DNA from: an uncultured delta proteobacterium
GTDB lineage: Bacteria; Desulfobacterota; Syntrophia; Syntrophales; Smithellaceae
NCBI GenBank assembly: GCA_963753975.1
Contig: CAVWEH010000001.1
Location: 32,001 to 96,000, forward strand
DNA length: 64,000 nucleotides
Direction: 5' to 3'
The position numbers were made by a program, and so were the translations under genes. Under the pieces are notes generated by a model. That model searched no databases. It was not told the DNA's origin and saw nothing but the letters and a program-made list of their open reading frames with translations. Below are positions 1 through 9,819 of this stretch, piece after piece (within the stretch, counting starts at the first letter, position 1; each line of letters opens with the position of its first letter).

Positions 1-199
1 CGAAATTAACTTTAAGATTTCTGGTAAGGAAATGATTGCGATAGAAACCAAATACGGTATCACAGAATGTGCAGTCTTCACGATAATCAAGTACAAAGAT
101 AAGGGAGGCGTTGAGAGAGAAAAACAATCCCTTGTTGGAGGATTTGATAAAGGGAATATACCCATTTTTGTTTTAAGAGACGGTGATGCGGTAACTTGA
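1..199 (+). CDS. 3' end of a hypothetical protein (probable integron cassette gene), truncated by window edge
   Basis: Open frame from position 2 (EINFKISGKEMIAIETKYG...VLRDGDAVT*) ending TGA 197-199, immediately followed by an attC-like site. Confidence 0.6.
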   Translation, partial: EINFKISGKEMIAIETKYGITECAVFTIIKYKDKGGVEREKQSLVGGFDKGNIPIFVLRDGDAVT

Positions 200-210
200 T
201 TTTAACGCAA

Positions 211-264
211 CGTGACCACGCAATACAGCAGATTGCTACGCTCCGACTGATTTCTACGTTACTC
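211..264 (+). other. Degenerate integron attC site
   Basis: CAATACAGCAGATTGCTACGCTCCGACTGATTTCTACGTTACTC closely resembles the minus-strand attC at 48239-48293 (TTCAGCCGGTCGCTACGCTCAGGCTGATTTCTACGTTGATC); ends in a GTT core. Confidence 0.65.
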
Positions 265-325
265 TCTTTCAATTGCTAATCTTCAGTGATAGTAATTTCA
301 CGAATCTATTGACTCGTAGGTGTAA
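258..325 (-). repeat. L-type half of the dispersed bipartite site
   Basis: Plus strand GTTACTCTC-TTTCAA-N4-TAATC-N34-GTAGGTGTAA, the reverse complement of the copies at 52540-52606 and 53166-53237 with the same TAATC-to-GTAGG spacing. Confidence 0.7.
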
Positions 326-377
326 CAAACGAAAAATAAATTGCCATCCGCCGGAGAAAACGCGGAATTGAAGCGAA

Positions 378-893
378 TTATGAGTTTGGATCATCATCTT
401 GCATGTTGACGATCACATTCAGTCTGCGGGCAAGTCGTTGATGCTCTTGGGGTGTTATCCAGGCCACGCGCAGATAATCGGCGATAGCCTCATCGTTTAA
501 ACCGATTCGCCGGGCTTCCCGTACGGTCACGAGATAGGCCTCGATTTCGGTATCCCGATCCACGTAAGCTCTGCTCTGATCATAAAGATTGCGTCCCTGC
601 CGAAGTTGCTGTATATGACAGAGCTCGTGAATAATGTCCAGATACAGGATATTGTCGTGAGAAGTGCGCAGGTGCGCCAGACCAATGATTATGGAACCGT
701 CTTTGTTATCCACAAACATTTCATAGGAATGGTCCACTACAAACACCCGGGTATGAGCAATGACCCTATCGATTTCTTCCGTTCCGGCAAAGATCGTATA
801 CAGAATATCGTAGGAGCGGATATCCGCAAAAACTTCTTCCAGACGGTATTGCCCCGGTTCCAGCCGGCGATTGATGCAAAAAACATTTTTCAT
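378..893 (-). CDS. Hypothetical protein with HExxH zinc-metallopeptidase-like motif
   Basis: 171 aa ORF, IIHELCHIQQ and downstream EIEAY. Confidence 0.65.
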   Translation of the reverse strand: MKNVFCINRRLEPGQYRLEEVFADIRSYDILYTIFAGTEEIDRVIAHTRVFVVDHSYEMFVDNKDGSIIIGLAHLRTSHDNILYLDIIHELCHIQQLRQGRNLYDQSRAYVDRDTEIEAYLVTVREARRIGLNDEAIADYLRVAWITPQEHQRLARRLNVIVNMQDDDPNS

Positions 894-1045
894 CAGGATT
901 ATCTTGCCTCATTTAGCGCCATGGGAGCCGGTCTTACACGTTGAAACCAACCCAGCTCACAACAGTTTCCATGGACTGGCGCCTGATGGCTTACTATACA
1001 TTCTCGTTTACAAGAAATCAATCCCAGCACACCGACAAACGCAGA

Positions 1046-1104
1046 TTGCGATCTGTAATTCTCAATTCTGTCAATTGCTCTTCACTGAATAGTAGTAGGT
1101 GAAA
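1046..1104 (-). repeat. L-type half of the dispersed bipartite site
   Basis: CTGTAATTCTCAATTCTGTCAATTGCT...TAGTAGGTGAAA aligns without gaps to the reverse complement of 53165-53216. Confidence 0.65.
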
Positions 1105-1282
1105 CACTTAAGAGTATTTTTAAGATTATGCGTATTTTCTTAAAAATACCCTTTTTTAAGAAAAAATTAGTTCATAGCATCTACAAGTCAGGAAAACGAG
1201 GGACAGCTTTTATTTCTTGACCTATAAACATAACCTTAATATGTTGGGAACAACAAAAAAATCAAAAAGGAAGGAACGATAT

Positions 1283-2008
1283 ATGCCTATCATGACCTGG
1301 GCCAAAGACGAAACCGTGGCGATTCTCACTATGACCAACGGCGAAAACAAGCAAAATCTCTACTTTGCCCAAACCTTAAACGCCATGCTCGATGAAATAA
1401 TAGCCGACAAGTCAGTGACCGCCCTGATTATTACTTCCAATGACGAGAAGAATTTTTCGCAGGGGATAGACGTGGAGTGGATATTGGCAAAATTACAAAA
1501 AAAGGAATATCAGCCTGTCAATGATTTTATCAGCGGCATGGACGACGTGTTTAAAAAATTACTTCTTTATCCGATGCCGGTAATCGCGGCAATCAACGGG
1601 CATGCCTATGGCAACGGCTCGATTATGTCCTGCGCCTGTGATTTTCGATTTATGAAGTCGGATCGTGGATTTTTCTGTTTTCCGGAAGTAAATCTCGGCA
1701 TTCCTTTCCGGCGCGGCATGATTGCCTTTATCAAAAAAGCCGTTCCGCTGTACAAGTTATCGGAAATGCAGCTCACCGGAAACCGCTACGGTGCGCCGGA
1801 ACTGGAAGCGCACCATATTATTCTGAAGGCATGCGCCAATAAAGAAGAACTTATGGCCGAGGCATTAGCTTTTGCCAAGACATTTCAGAAGAAGCGCGGA
1901 ATTTTCGGGGAGTTAAAAAAGCGTCTGTACCAGGACATCATTGAAATTTTGGATGCCCGGGAGCCATCAATGTTAAGTGAGACTTCTTCTCTTACTATGT
2001 CCGATTAA
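1283..2008 (+). CDS. Enoyl-CoA hydratase/isomerase family protein
   Basis: Crotonase motifs FSQGID, PVIAAINGHAYGNG, FPEVNLGIP; ATG 1283 after AGGAAGGA. Confidence 0.9.
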   Translation: MPIMTWAKDETVAILTMTNGENKQNLYFAQTLNAMLDEIIADKSVTALIITSNDEKNFSQGIDVEWILAKLQKKEYQPVNDFISGMDDVFKKLLLYPMPVIAAINGHAYGNGSIMSCACDFRFMKSDRGFFCFPEVNLGIPFRRGMIAFIKKAVPLYKLSEMQLTGNRYGAPELEAHHIILKACANKEELMAEALAFAKTFQKKRGIFGELKKRLYQDIIEILDAREPSMLSETSSLTMSD

Positions 2009-2068
2009 AACAAGCGGCACGCAAAAATAATTCATGATTGCAATTTACATTAGCAAGGCAGGAAAGAA

Positions 2069-3065
2069 ATGAAAACAGCAATTACCGAAATGTTTGGTAT
2101 TAAATATCCCATTATCTGCGGCGCTATGATGTGGCTGAGCAAGCCTAAACTCTGCGCGGCAGTATCGAACGCGGGCGGGATGGGAAATCTGACCGCCGGA
2201 AACTATGCAACAGAAGATGAATTCCGCAATGCTATCAGGGAAACAAGGAAAGCTTACAAACAAACCCTTTATGGTCAATGTAACTATTCTGCCTTCGGTG
2301 CATATTACCCCGGAACATCACAAAATGTATCTGCACGTGTGCGCCGAGGAAAAAGTGGCGGGGTTGGAAATATCCGGTACGCCGCTGGATAAAGCGGTGG
2401 GGAGAGAATTCATCGACATACTAAAAAAGGCGGGAATTAAAATTTTTCACAAAGTCGGATCGGTTCGCCATGCCGTGCACGCGGAAAAGATCGGTTACGA
2501 CGGCATTTATGCCGCGGGCATCGAAGAAGGAGGCCATCCGCTCGATGATGACGTGACCACAATGTTGCTCACGCCGCGTATAGTCGAGGCAGTAAAGATT
2601 CCGGTGGTAACCGTGGGCGGTATCGCGGACGGACGCACCATGGCCGCGGCACTCGCCTTGGGAGCCCAGGGTGTGATGATGGCGACGCGCTTTGTGGCAA
2701 CTAAGGAATGTGAAGTGCACGACAATATCAAGCAGGAGCTTATTAAACGGCAGGAATTTGAGACCACTCTCATCTGTAAAACCATCGGCCTGCAGGGAAG
2801 AGCTATCAAAAACAAAGTTGTCTCTGACGTTTTAGCTCTGGAAGCAAAGGGCTGCGGCCTCGCCGAGCTTATCCCGCTCATCTCCGGCAAAAAAGTAAAA
2901 GATGCCTGGGAAATGGGCAATGTCGAAGACGCACCCATGATGATGGGACAATCGGTCGGGCTGGTAAAGGATATTCCCACCTGTAAAGAGCTGATCGAAC
3001 GGATGGTTAAGGAAGCCAAGGCAGATATTGAGCGAGTGAGAAATTTAATTAAGCAGCAGATATAA
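2069..3065 (+). pseudogene. Nitronate monooxygenase / FabK-like flavoenzyme split by one extra base near 2249-2251
   Basis: N-terminus (MKTAITEMFGIKYPII...AAVSNAGGMG) in ORF 2069; remainder (KLTNKPF...EEGGH...GGIADG) in ORF 2205; removing one A restores a single frame. Confidence 0.8.
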
Positions 3066-3322
3066 GACCAACAAAAATTACAAAATTTTCTGTAAGCAAA
3101 TATCCGATCACACTTCCTGAAATCAGCGGGATCAGCATACCGCGACTGTGAAAATCTCTCTCTTTACCAGGGGATCTCCCCAGCTACGTACACAATATTC
3201 TGTGACTTAATTTTCTTGACACACAAGTGCCTTCTACATATACTCCGCTAATAAAAAGGCGAGCTTTTATAAAGTATAAATAGAGAAGTCGAACTACTAT
3301 AAAAAAGGACAGGAGGTTAATT

Positions 3323-3862
3323 ATGAAACACAAGGTATGCAAAAGTAGTATGCAGGCAATATTGTTTCTGGCCGGGGCATGTATGTTGGTATTGGCACTT
3401 TCTCCGTCTATAGCTTCGGCGGCAGTGTTCAACTACGATAAAAAGCCGGCTTTCTCCGTTACCTATCCAGACGATTGGAGTGATAATCCCGACAACGCTA
3501 GCCAATATCATTTATTGTTTAGCGCACACGGTGCTGCCGGCATTCCCGTTTTTAATGTGCAGGTGCGGGAAATTCCTGCTGGTGCTACTATTGCAGACGC
3601 CGGGAAACTATTCAAGAAACTGATCCTGGATCCGGAACAAAGCCAAGATTGTCCAATCATCTCGGATAAGCTAACAACTCTGAAGGACGGAACCAAAGCC
3701 AATGAAACAATACTGAAATATAAATATCAAGGCTGGTTACCTTTGCAGGCGGTCGTCCTTGCAGTCTTTAAGGACAACAAGTGGATACGTGTTGATATTC
3801 ACCAGGCAGTAAGCGAAGACCCAGAATGGGGTGTTCTCCATACATTGACATTTAAGAAATAG
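3323..3862 (+). CDS. Secreted hypothetical protein (PsbP/Mog1-like fold possible)
   Basis: Signal peptide ending ASA, FSVTYPDDW motif, RBS AGGAGG. Confidence 0.65.
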   Translation: MKHKVCKSSMQAILFLAGACMLVLALSPSIASAAVFNYDKKPAFSVTYPDDWSDNPDNASQYHLLFSAHGAAGIPVFNVQVREIPAGATIADAGKLFKKLILDPEQSQDCPIISDKLTTLKDGTKANETILKYKYQGWLPLQAVVLAVFKDNKWIRVDIHQAVSEDPEWGVLHTLTFKK

Positions 3863-3981
3863 TCGATTAAAAGCGCGGCTATATGGACTCACGGGAGTTT
3901 AACAAGGTTTAGGGGAACGATTTTATAGTGAGAGTAACCGTTTTTAGAAACTCGTCTTCCCCTAATTATTGATAATTTTCG

Positions 3982-4013
3982 GCGGTTGGAGCTTAATCTC
4001 CAACCGCTTTTTT
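3982..4013 (+). terminator. Rho-independent terminator
   Basis: GCGGTTGGAG-N6-CTCCAACCGC followed by T tract. Confidence 0.85.
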
Positions 4014-4373
4014 ATTTATCTGGAAAATTTAGTTAATAGCCCCCTTTTTCTTATATATATCCAACAGACATAAACACACGATTAAGCAAGATTTCCCCTT
4101 TAAATTCCATTATGCATTGTTTGGCAGCAAATAAGAATATCCATCGCAAGAAAAAAGATTGCAGATTTGTTTATCATGCGGTATCGAATACCTCACCGTC
4201 CATGCGCTAAATGATTAGAAGATAGGCGGATTAACCTCTTGGATATTCAAAATTAATCGTTCCAAGTTTTTTTGGGATGTCTTTGCATCTATTAGCGGCT
4301 CAGGTATATTGAGTCTTTAATACGAGAAGTGAAGATCATTGTAAATTATGCCGGATGTAATAGGAGTTAAAAA

Positions 4374-6086
4374 ATGAAACGTGAACAATTCTGGCGCTTG
4401 TCTTATGATGCAGGGATGGTCGACATCGATCCCAAAGAATGGGAAATAAGCTACGTCGACGCGATTAAGGATACCTTCGAAAAATTCCCCCGACAGTTAG
4501 CTTTTACCTTTATGGGTACGAAGGTAAAATTAAGCCAGCTGGATCAATACGCCAATCGTTTTGCCAATATGCTTATCGCTCACGGATTTAAAAAGGGCGA
4601 TGTAGTAGGAATAAATCTTCCGAATATTCCTGAATATATAATAGCCTGGCTGGGAACCCTGAAGGCCGGCTGTGTAGCCTCCGGTGTTTCCCCTCTGCTT
4701 TCTACCGAAGAAATGGAACACCAACTCAAAGATTCCGACGCCCGATGTCTCGTGACACTGGATGCCATTTTTGCCGGAAGACTTGTCCATATAGCCTCCC
4801 AACTTCATGAACTGAAACTCGTGGTCGCAGCCAATGTGGGCGGGTTCATGCCTTATGTAAAGCGCACGCTGGGAAAACTTTTGAAAAAAATTCCGCAGGG
4901 CAAGGTTACAGAACTAACAGACAAATATGTCCTTCATTTCAAAGAAACTATTTCTCCCAAAAGATATTCAGACACGCCTCCGAAAGTCAAAGTAGCCCCT
5001 GACGACATCGCCTATCTTCAATATACCGGCGGCACAACGGGCATGCCCAAGGGAGCAATGATTTCGCATAGAAATTCCGTTGCCAATCTATTCATGGTGC
5101 AAAAATGGGGTGGCTGGAAAAAAGGCCAGGGAGTGGCGCTTTCCGGATTCCCTTTTTTCCATCTGGCCGGAACTTTTTTCGCGGCCAATGCCGTATATCT
5201 GGGCTGGCCACAAGTTCTTATTCCCAATCCCCGAGACACGAATCATATCTGCAAGGAAATAAAAAAACACAAACCTACTCATTTGGTTAACGTTCCTTCC
5301 CTTTACCAGATGTTGATTGCGAATCCGCGTTTCAGGAAACTGGACCATTCCAGACTTCAGGCCTGTGTCTCCTCTGCGGCACCGTTACCGGAAGAATCCC
5401 AGAAAACTCTGGAAAACATCGTCGGCAAAGGAAAACTGCTTGAAGTTTACGGCATGACTGAAACATCGCCGGTTACGACAATGAATCCCGAAAAAGGCAA
5501 AAGGAAGGCGGGAAGTATCGGCCTGCCGATCATCAATACAGATATAATTCTCGTTGACCCGCTGACTGGCAAAAAAGTGGCGCAGGGAGAGCCGGGAGAA
5601 ATTTGCGTTAAAGGGCCGCAGGTAATGGTGGGGTATTACAAAAATCCCGAAGAAACAAAAAATGTCATAGATAAAGACGGTTATCTGCACACAGGAGACG
5701 TGGCAATGCAGGACAAGGACGGTTATCTGCGCATTGTCGATCGCACCAAGGACATGATTATTGTCAGCGGATTCAAGGTGTTTTCGAAAAAAGTCGAAGA
5801 TGTGTTGACCAAGCACCCGGCCGTAGAAAGCGCCGCCTTAGTAGGAATTCCCGACCCGAAACGTCTCGGCTCCGAACTGGTAAAGGCTTATTTGACTAAG
5901 ACTCCAGGATACGCTTCAGGTAATAATGAAGAATCTTTAAAAGCCGACATCATAAAAATGGCTGTGGAAAAACTCGCGCCTTATGAAGTCCCCAAAATTA
6001 TCGAGTTTCGTCAGGAGCTGCCTTTGACGATGGTGGGGAAGATTGATAAGAAAGCACTCCGGGCCGAAGCTCGGGCGGAACAATAA
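4374..6086 (+). CDS. Long-chain fatty acid-CoA ligase
   Basis: AMP-binding motifs YTGGTTGMPKG, YGMTE, LHTGD, GKIDKK. Confidence 0.92.
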   Translation: MKREQFWRLSYDAGMVDIDPKEWEISYVDAIKDTFEKFPRQLAFTFMGTKVKLSQLDQYANRFANMLIAHGFKKGDVVGINLPNIPEYIIAWLGTLKAGCVASGVSPLLSTEEMEHQLKDSDARCLVTLDAIFAGRLVHIASQLHELKLVVAANVGGFMPYVKRTLGKLLKKIPQGKVTELTDKYVLHFKETISPKRYSDTPPKVKVAPDDIAYLQYTGGTTGMPKGAMISHRNSVANLFMVQKWGGWKKGQGVALSGFPFFHLAGTFFAANAVYLGWPQVLIPNPRDTNHICKEIKKHKPTHLVNVPSLYQMLIANPRFRKLDHSRLQACVSSAAPLPEESQKTLENIVGKGKLLEVYGMTETSPVTTMNPEKGKRKAGSIGLPIINTDIILVDPLTGKKVAQGEPGEICVKGPQVMVGYYKNPEETKNVIDKDGYLHTGDVAMQDKDGYLRIVDRTKDMIIVSGFKVFSKKVEDVLTKHPAVESAALVGIPDPKRLGSELVKAYLTKTPGYASGNNEESLKADIIKMAVEKLAPYEVPKIIEFRQELPLTMVGKIDKKALRAEARAEQ

Positions 6087-6109
6087 TCTAAGGTATTCTG
6101 CAGTGTCAG

Positions 6110-7015
6110 TTATAAAACTCCCACTTCTTTCATCAGCAATTGTATCTGCTGATCCTTCTCCTGCCACAACTGATTCACCCATTTGTGAAAAGTAACATGA
6201 AAGTCCTTATCAGCAGCATAATCGCCGTGCAGAAGCTGTTTGGGCACCTCCATTTTCTGAAAGCGCACAATTACTCTTTTGACCTTGCCGCAGAGAAACA
6301 TCCAGAATGTCGGAATACCGTCGGGGTAAACTATCGTAATATTTAACAGGGAATGAAACTTTTCGCCCAGCACATCCAGAGCCAGCGCCATTCCGCCGGC
6401 TTTCGGGCGTAAGAGATGTTTGTATGGCGACTGCTGTCTTACGTGTTTTGCCTCGGTAAAGCGCGTGCCTTCCAGGAAATTCATCACGCTGGTCGGAGTA
6501 TGAGCGAACTTCTCGCAAGCCTTACGTGTTGTGGCGAAATCTTTGCCTTTCTGTTCGGGATGCTTTTTTAAATATTCGACACTGTGGCGGCGCAGAAAAG
6601 GAAAATCCAGCGCCCACCAGGCGATGCCCATCACCGGCACCCAGATAAGCTCTTGTTTCAGAAAAAATTTCATCAAAGGAATACGCCGGTTCAGCAGATG
6701 CTGCATTACGAAAATATCTACCCAGGACTGGTGGTTGCTGATGACCAGATACCAGCCGTGATAATTCAAACCTGTGAGTCCTTGCACATCCCATTTAGTC
6801 TTTTGGGTGAGAAGCATCCAGCCGCTGTTGCACGAAATCCAGTTTTCCGCGAGCGACAGCAAAATCCTGTCGATGAGCCGGCGTAAAGGCGAAAAAGGTA
6901 AGAGAAATTTCAAAATGGAAAAAACAAACACAAGCAGCGGCCAAAAAAGGACATTCAAACCAAAAAGCAGCGAGGCAATGATCCCCCGCACGAGGGGCGG
7001 CAAAAAATTCAGCAT
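6110..7015 (-). CDS. PlsC-family acyltransferase (YihG-like)
   Basis: NHQSWVD and FLEGTRF motifs. Confidence 0.9.
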   Translation of the reverse strand: MLNFLPPLVRGIIASLLFGLNVLFWPLLVFVFSILKFLLPFSPLRRLIDRILLSLAENWISCNSGWMLLTQKTKWDVQGLTGLNYHGWYLVISNHQSWVDIFVMQHLLNRRIPLMKFFLKQELIWVPVMGIAWWALDFPFLRRHSVEYLKKHPEQKGKDFATTRKACEKFAHTPTSVMNFLEGTRFTEAKHVRQQSPYKHLLRPKAGGMALALDVLGEKFHSLLNITIVYPDGIPTFWMFLCGKVKRVIVRFQKMEVPKQLLHGDYAADKDFHVTFHKWVNQLWQEKDQQIQLLMKEVGVL

Positions 7016-7294
7016 AATGATTTTGTAACTCTAATAATTGATTTTGATGAATAGGCATTAACATTAGTACCGGATAAGGTCAAAGAATTAATATTAATGA
7101 CTCTGCTGATTTCTTAAAATCCAGCCCATCCCTGATCCGTCTCTGCTTCATCTCTGTTCGCAATGCTCTGAATTAATGGTACGAAAACAAAACAGTCCTT
7201 TCCCCTTGTATCAATGTCATTTTAGATGTATGTTTTTCACATAATGATCGTCAAACGTAATTAATTTTTTCAACAGGACGAACAGGAGGGAACA

Positions 7295-9811
7295 ATGAAT
7301 ACGTCGCTAGCACCAAAGACGATTCAGAAGATAAAAGAACCCAAAAATCTTTCAGCCCGAATAACCTGGTTAAGGGATTATTATTTCCAGGGGACGAACC
7401 GTGCCTGGAATAACGAGTTCAGCGCCTGGAGCACAGGCACCCCCTGGGACGTGCAGTTCGATGAGATGACCTTCTATATCGTGCCGGAAACATATCCCTT
7501 CCTCCAACCTTTCCGCATCTCCATGCAGCAGAATGCCAAACCCGTGGAACTCCATCCGGATTTTTGGTCCTGGAGTCTGCCTGAACGCAAGGCCTGGTTT
7601 ATCAAAGAGGTGATGGTGAAATATGTTCCGCAGGAAATTCTGCCGGGTGACCTGATTGCGGGCGGCCGTTTCAATCTTCAGACATCCATGTGCTGGAACG
7701 AAAAAGAGGCAAAAGAGCGCGACAGCCTCATCTACGGCAAAAAGGGAGTGCGCGCGCAGATGAAGTGGTTTCACGATCATGGCTACGGCAATTCGGGGGC
7801 CACAAGCGGGCACCTTATTCCCGGATATGAACGGGCGCTGCAAATAGGGTGGAAGGGAATCTATAAGGACCTTGAAAAAAGATACAACGCTCTGTTTTCG
7901 AAAGACAAAAAGGGCAAAAGAGGCGCCCAACTGCGGGCCATGATGACAGCTGCAGCAATGCCCGGAGGACTGGCTGGAAAGTACGCAAGCCTGTGTCAGA
8001 GACTCGCTACAGCGGAGAAGAATACAACCCGCCGGGACGAACTTGCACAGATGGCAAAAAATCTGAGCCGCGTGCCCTGGGAGCCAGTGCAAAATTTCTG
8101 GGAGGCCGTGCAGTCTTTGTGGCTCACGCATATGCTGGTCATGAGCGATGAAAACTACCCGGGACCGGGCGTTTCCTTCGGGAGGATCGATCAGTACCTG
8201 TTACCTTACTGGCAATACTCGCTCGAAAACGGAATGGATAGGGAGTTCGGCAAGGAAATACTGAAATGCTTCTGGCTTCACGCCAACACTGTCTACGACG
8301 CTATGATACGCATCGGCAATCAGGGCATCACCTCGGGTTACGGCCAGCTCATCACGCTGGCGGGCTTAGGACCCGGCGGCAAAGATATGACCAACGATTT
8401 AACTTATGCCATGCTGGAAGTCATTGATGACATGTCGCCGCTTTTGGAGCCCAAACCAAACGTGCGTCTTCATCGCGGCTCTCCGGAGGCGCTTTTGAAT
8501 AAGGTGGTAGATATGATTTCGGCAAGTCAGGGCGCGCCATTCCTGCTCAACTTCGATGAGCGCTCCATGGCCGGAATGATGCGCGAAGCCAGGAAGGCAG
8601 GCGTTACCCATCTCATTAATGAAAACAATGTACACGACTACGCACCGGTCGGCTGCCTGGAAAACACCATGCAGGGCAACGACCGTTCCGGCACGGTGGA
8701 CAATAACATCAATTTGCTCAAAGCCGTGGAACTAGCGCTCAATAACGGCAAAGATTTTCATGTGTTTGTGGACCCGATTACGGGCAAGAGCGAGAAGATC
8801 AAGCAGGACGGCCCGAAGACCGGCGATGCTGCTACGTTTGCCAAATGGGAAGTGTTCTGGAAGTCCTATGCCGAACAAACCCGATTCATTATTAAACGCT
8901 GCGCGGATCTCTACGAACAATCGGAATCCATCAGAGCCTGGCTCTGTCCTACTCCCTACCTCTCCTCGCTGGTCAGGGGTTGTGCGGAAAAGGGGCTGGA
9001 TATAACTGAAGGCGGAGCTGAGCTGAGTTTCACCACACTCGAGGCAATTGCATATGCCACAACCATTGACTCCCTTCTGGCTATAAAATATCTGGTCTTC
9101 GATAAGAAAGAATGCACCATGGCCGAACTCATCGTGGCACTAAAAGCCAACTGGAAAGGCTATGAAAGGCTGCAGGCCCAAGCCCGATTCAAGGCTCCTA
9201 AATACGGCCGGGATGACGATGAGGCGGATACCATGGCCAAAGCCGTCATGGACCTGTGGTGCGCGGAGACCTGGGAGCACAGGACCGTCTCTACAAACCG
9301 GCAGTTCCGCCCCGGCATGTTGAGCTGGAATTACTGGGTGGGTGACGGTTTTATTCTGCCGGCAAGCCCTGACGGCAGACCGAAGGGAAGATTCCTGTCC
9401 AATGCCATATGTCCTTCCAACGGGGCCGATATCAACGGCCCCACAGCCAACGCCAACTCTGTAGGTAAAGTCCTCGGCGGCAAAGATACGGAAGGCAAAG
9501 GCGATCTTCTGGGATATTATAATTGTCTGCCGAATGGTGCCAGCCACACCATCACCATTAATCCTTCTTTCGTCAACAGCCCGGAACACCGGGATAAGTT
9601 CAAAGCCTTTCTTAAGGGCTATATGGAAAACGGAGGAAGTGCTCTGCAGATCAACATGCTGGATGCTGACATGCTGCGTGACGCCCAGAAGAAGCCGGAA
9701 GACTACCGCTCACTTTTGGTTCGGATCACCGGATACAATGCCTATTTCACCAGTATCGGGCGAGAATTGCAGGACGAAGTCATTGCCAGAATCAGCCACG
9801 GGTCTCTGTAG
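7295..9811 (+). CDS. Glycyl radical enzyme of unknown substrate (PFL superfamily)
   Basis: 838 aa; Cys loop PVGCLE; C-terminal Gly-radical motif LLVRITGYNAYF. Confidence 0.92.
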   Translation: MNTSLAPKTIQKIKEPKNLSARITWLRDYYFQGTNRAWNNEFSAWSTGTPWDVQFDEMTFYIVPETYPFLQPFRISMQQNAKPVELHPDFWSWSLPERKAWFIKEVMVKYVPQEILPGDLIAGGRFNLQTSMCWNEKEAKERDSLIYGKKGVRAQMKWFHDHGYGNSGATSGHLIPGYERALQIGWKGIYKDLEKRYNALFSKDKKGKRGAQLRAMMTAAAMPGGLAGKYASLCQRLATAEKNTTRRDELAQMAKNLSRVPWEPVQNFWEAVQSLWLTHMLVMSDENYPGPGVSFGRIDQYLLPYWQYSLENGMDREFGKEILKCFWLHANTVYDAMIRIGNQGITSGYGQLITLAGLGPGGKDMTNDLTYAMLEVIDDMSPLLEPKPNVRLHRGSPEALLNKVVDMISASQGAPFLLNFDERSMAGMMREARKAGVTHLINENNVHDYAPVGCLENTMQGNDRSGTVDNNINLLKAVELALNNGKDFHVFVDPITGKSEKIKQDGPKTGDAATFAKWEVFWKSYAEQTRFIIKRCADLYEQSESIRAWLCPTPYLSSLVRGCAEKGLDITEGGAELSFTTLEAIAYATTIDSLLAIKYLVFDKKECTMAELIVALKANWKGYERLQAQARFKAPKYGRDDDEADTMAKAVMDLWCAETWEHRTVSTNRQFRPGMLSWNYWVGDGFILPASPDGRPKGRFLSNAICPSNGADINGPTANANSVGKVLGGKDTEGKGDLLGYYNCLPNGASHTITINPSFVNSPEHRDKFKAFLKGYMENGGSALQINMLDADMLRDAQKKPEDYRSLLVRITGYNAYFTSIGRELQDEVIARISHGSL

Positions 9812-9819
9812 GATCTTTA

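Noticed and set aside
1114..1149. GTATTTTTAAGA/TCTTAAAAATAC inverted repeat
   Set aside because: Real, but AT-rich and unassignable (operator or terminator).
3111..3170. CACTTCCTGA as another R half-site
   Set aside because: Arm boxes are absent at the expected spacing; the same applies to GATTTCCTGT at 35756.
7370..8131. Long antisense ORFs (also 29827-30549, 24546-25148, 18766-19419)
   Set aside because: Shadow frames of well-supported genes with no recognisable motifs.
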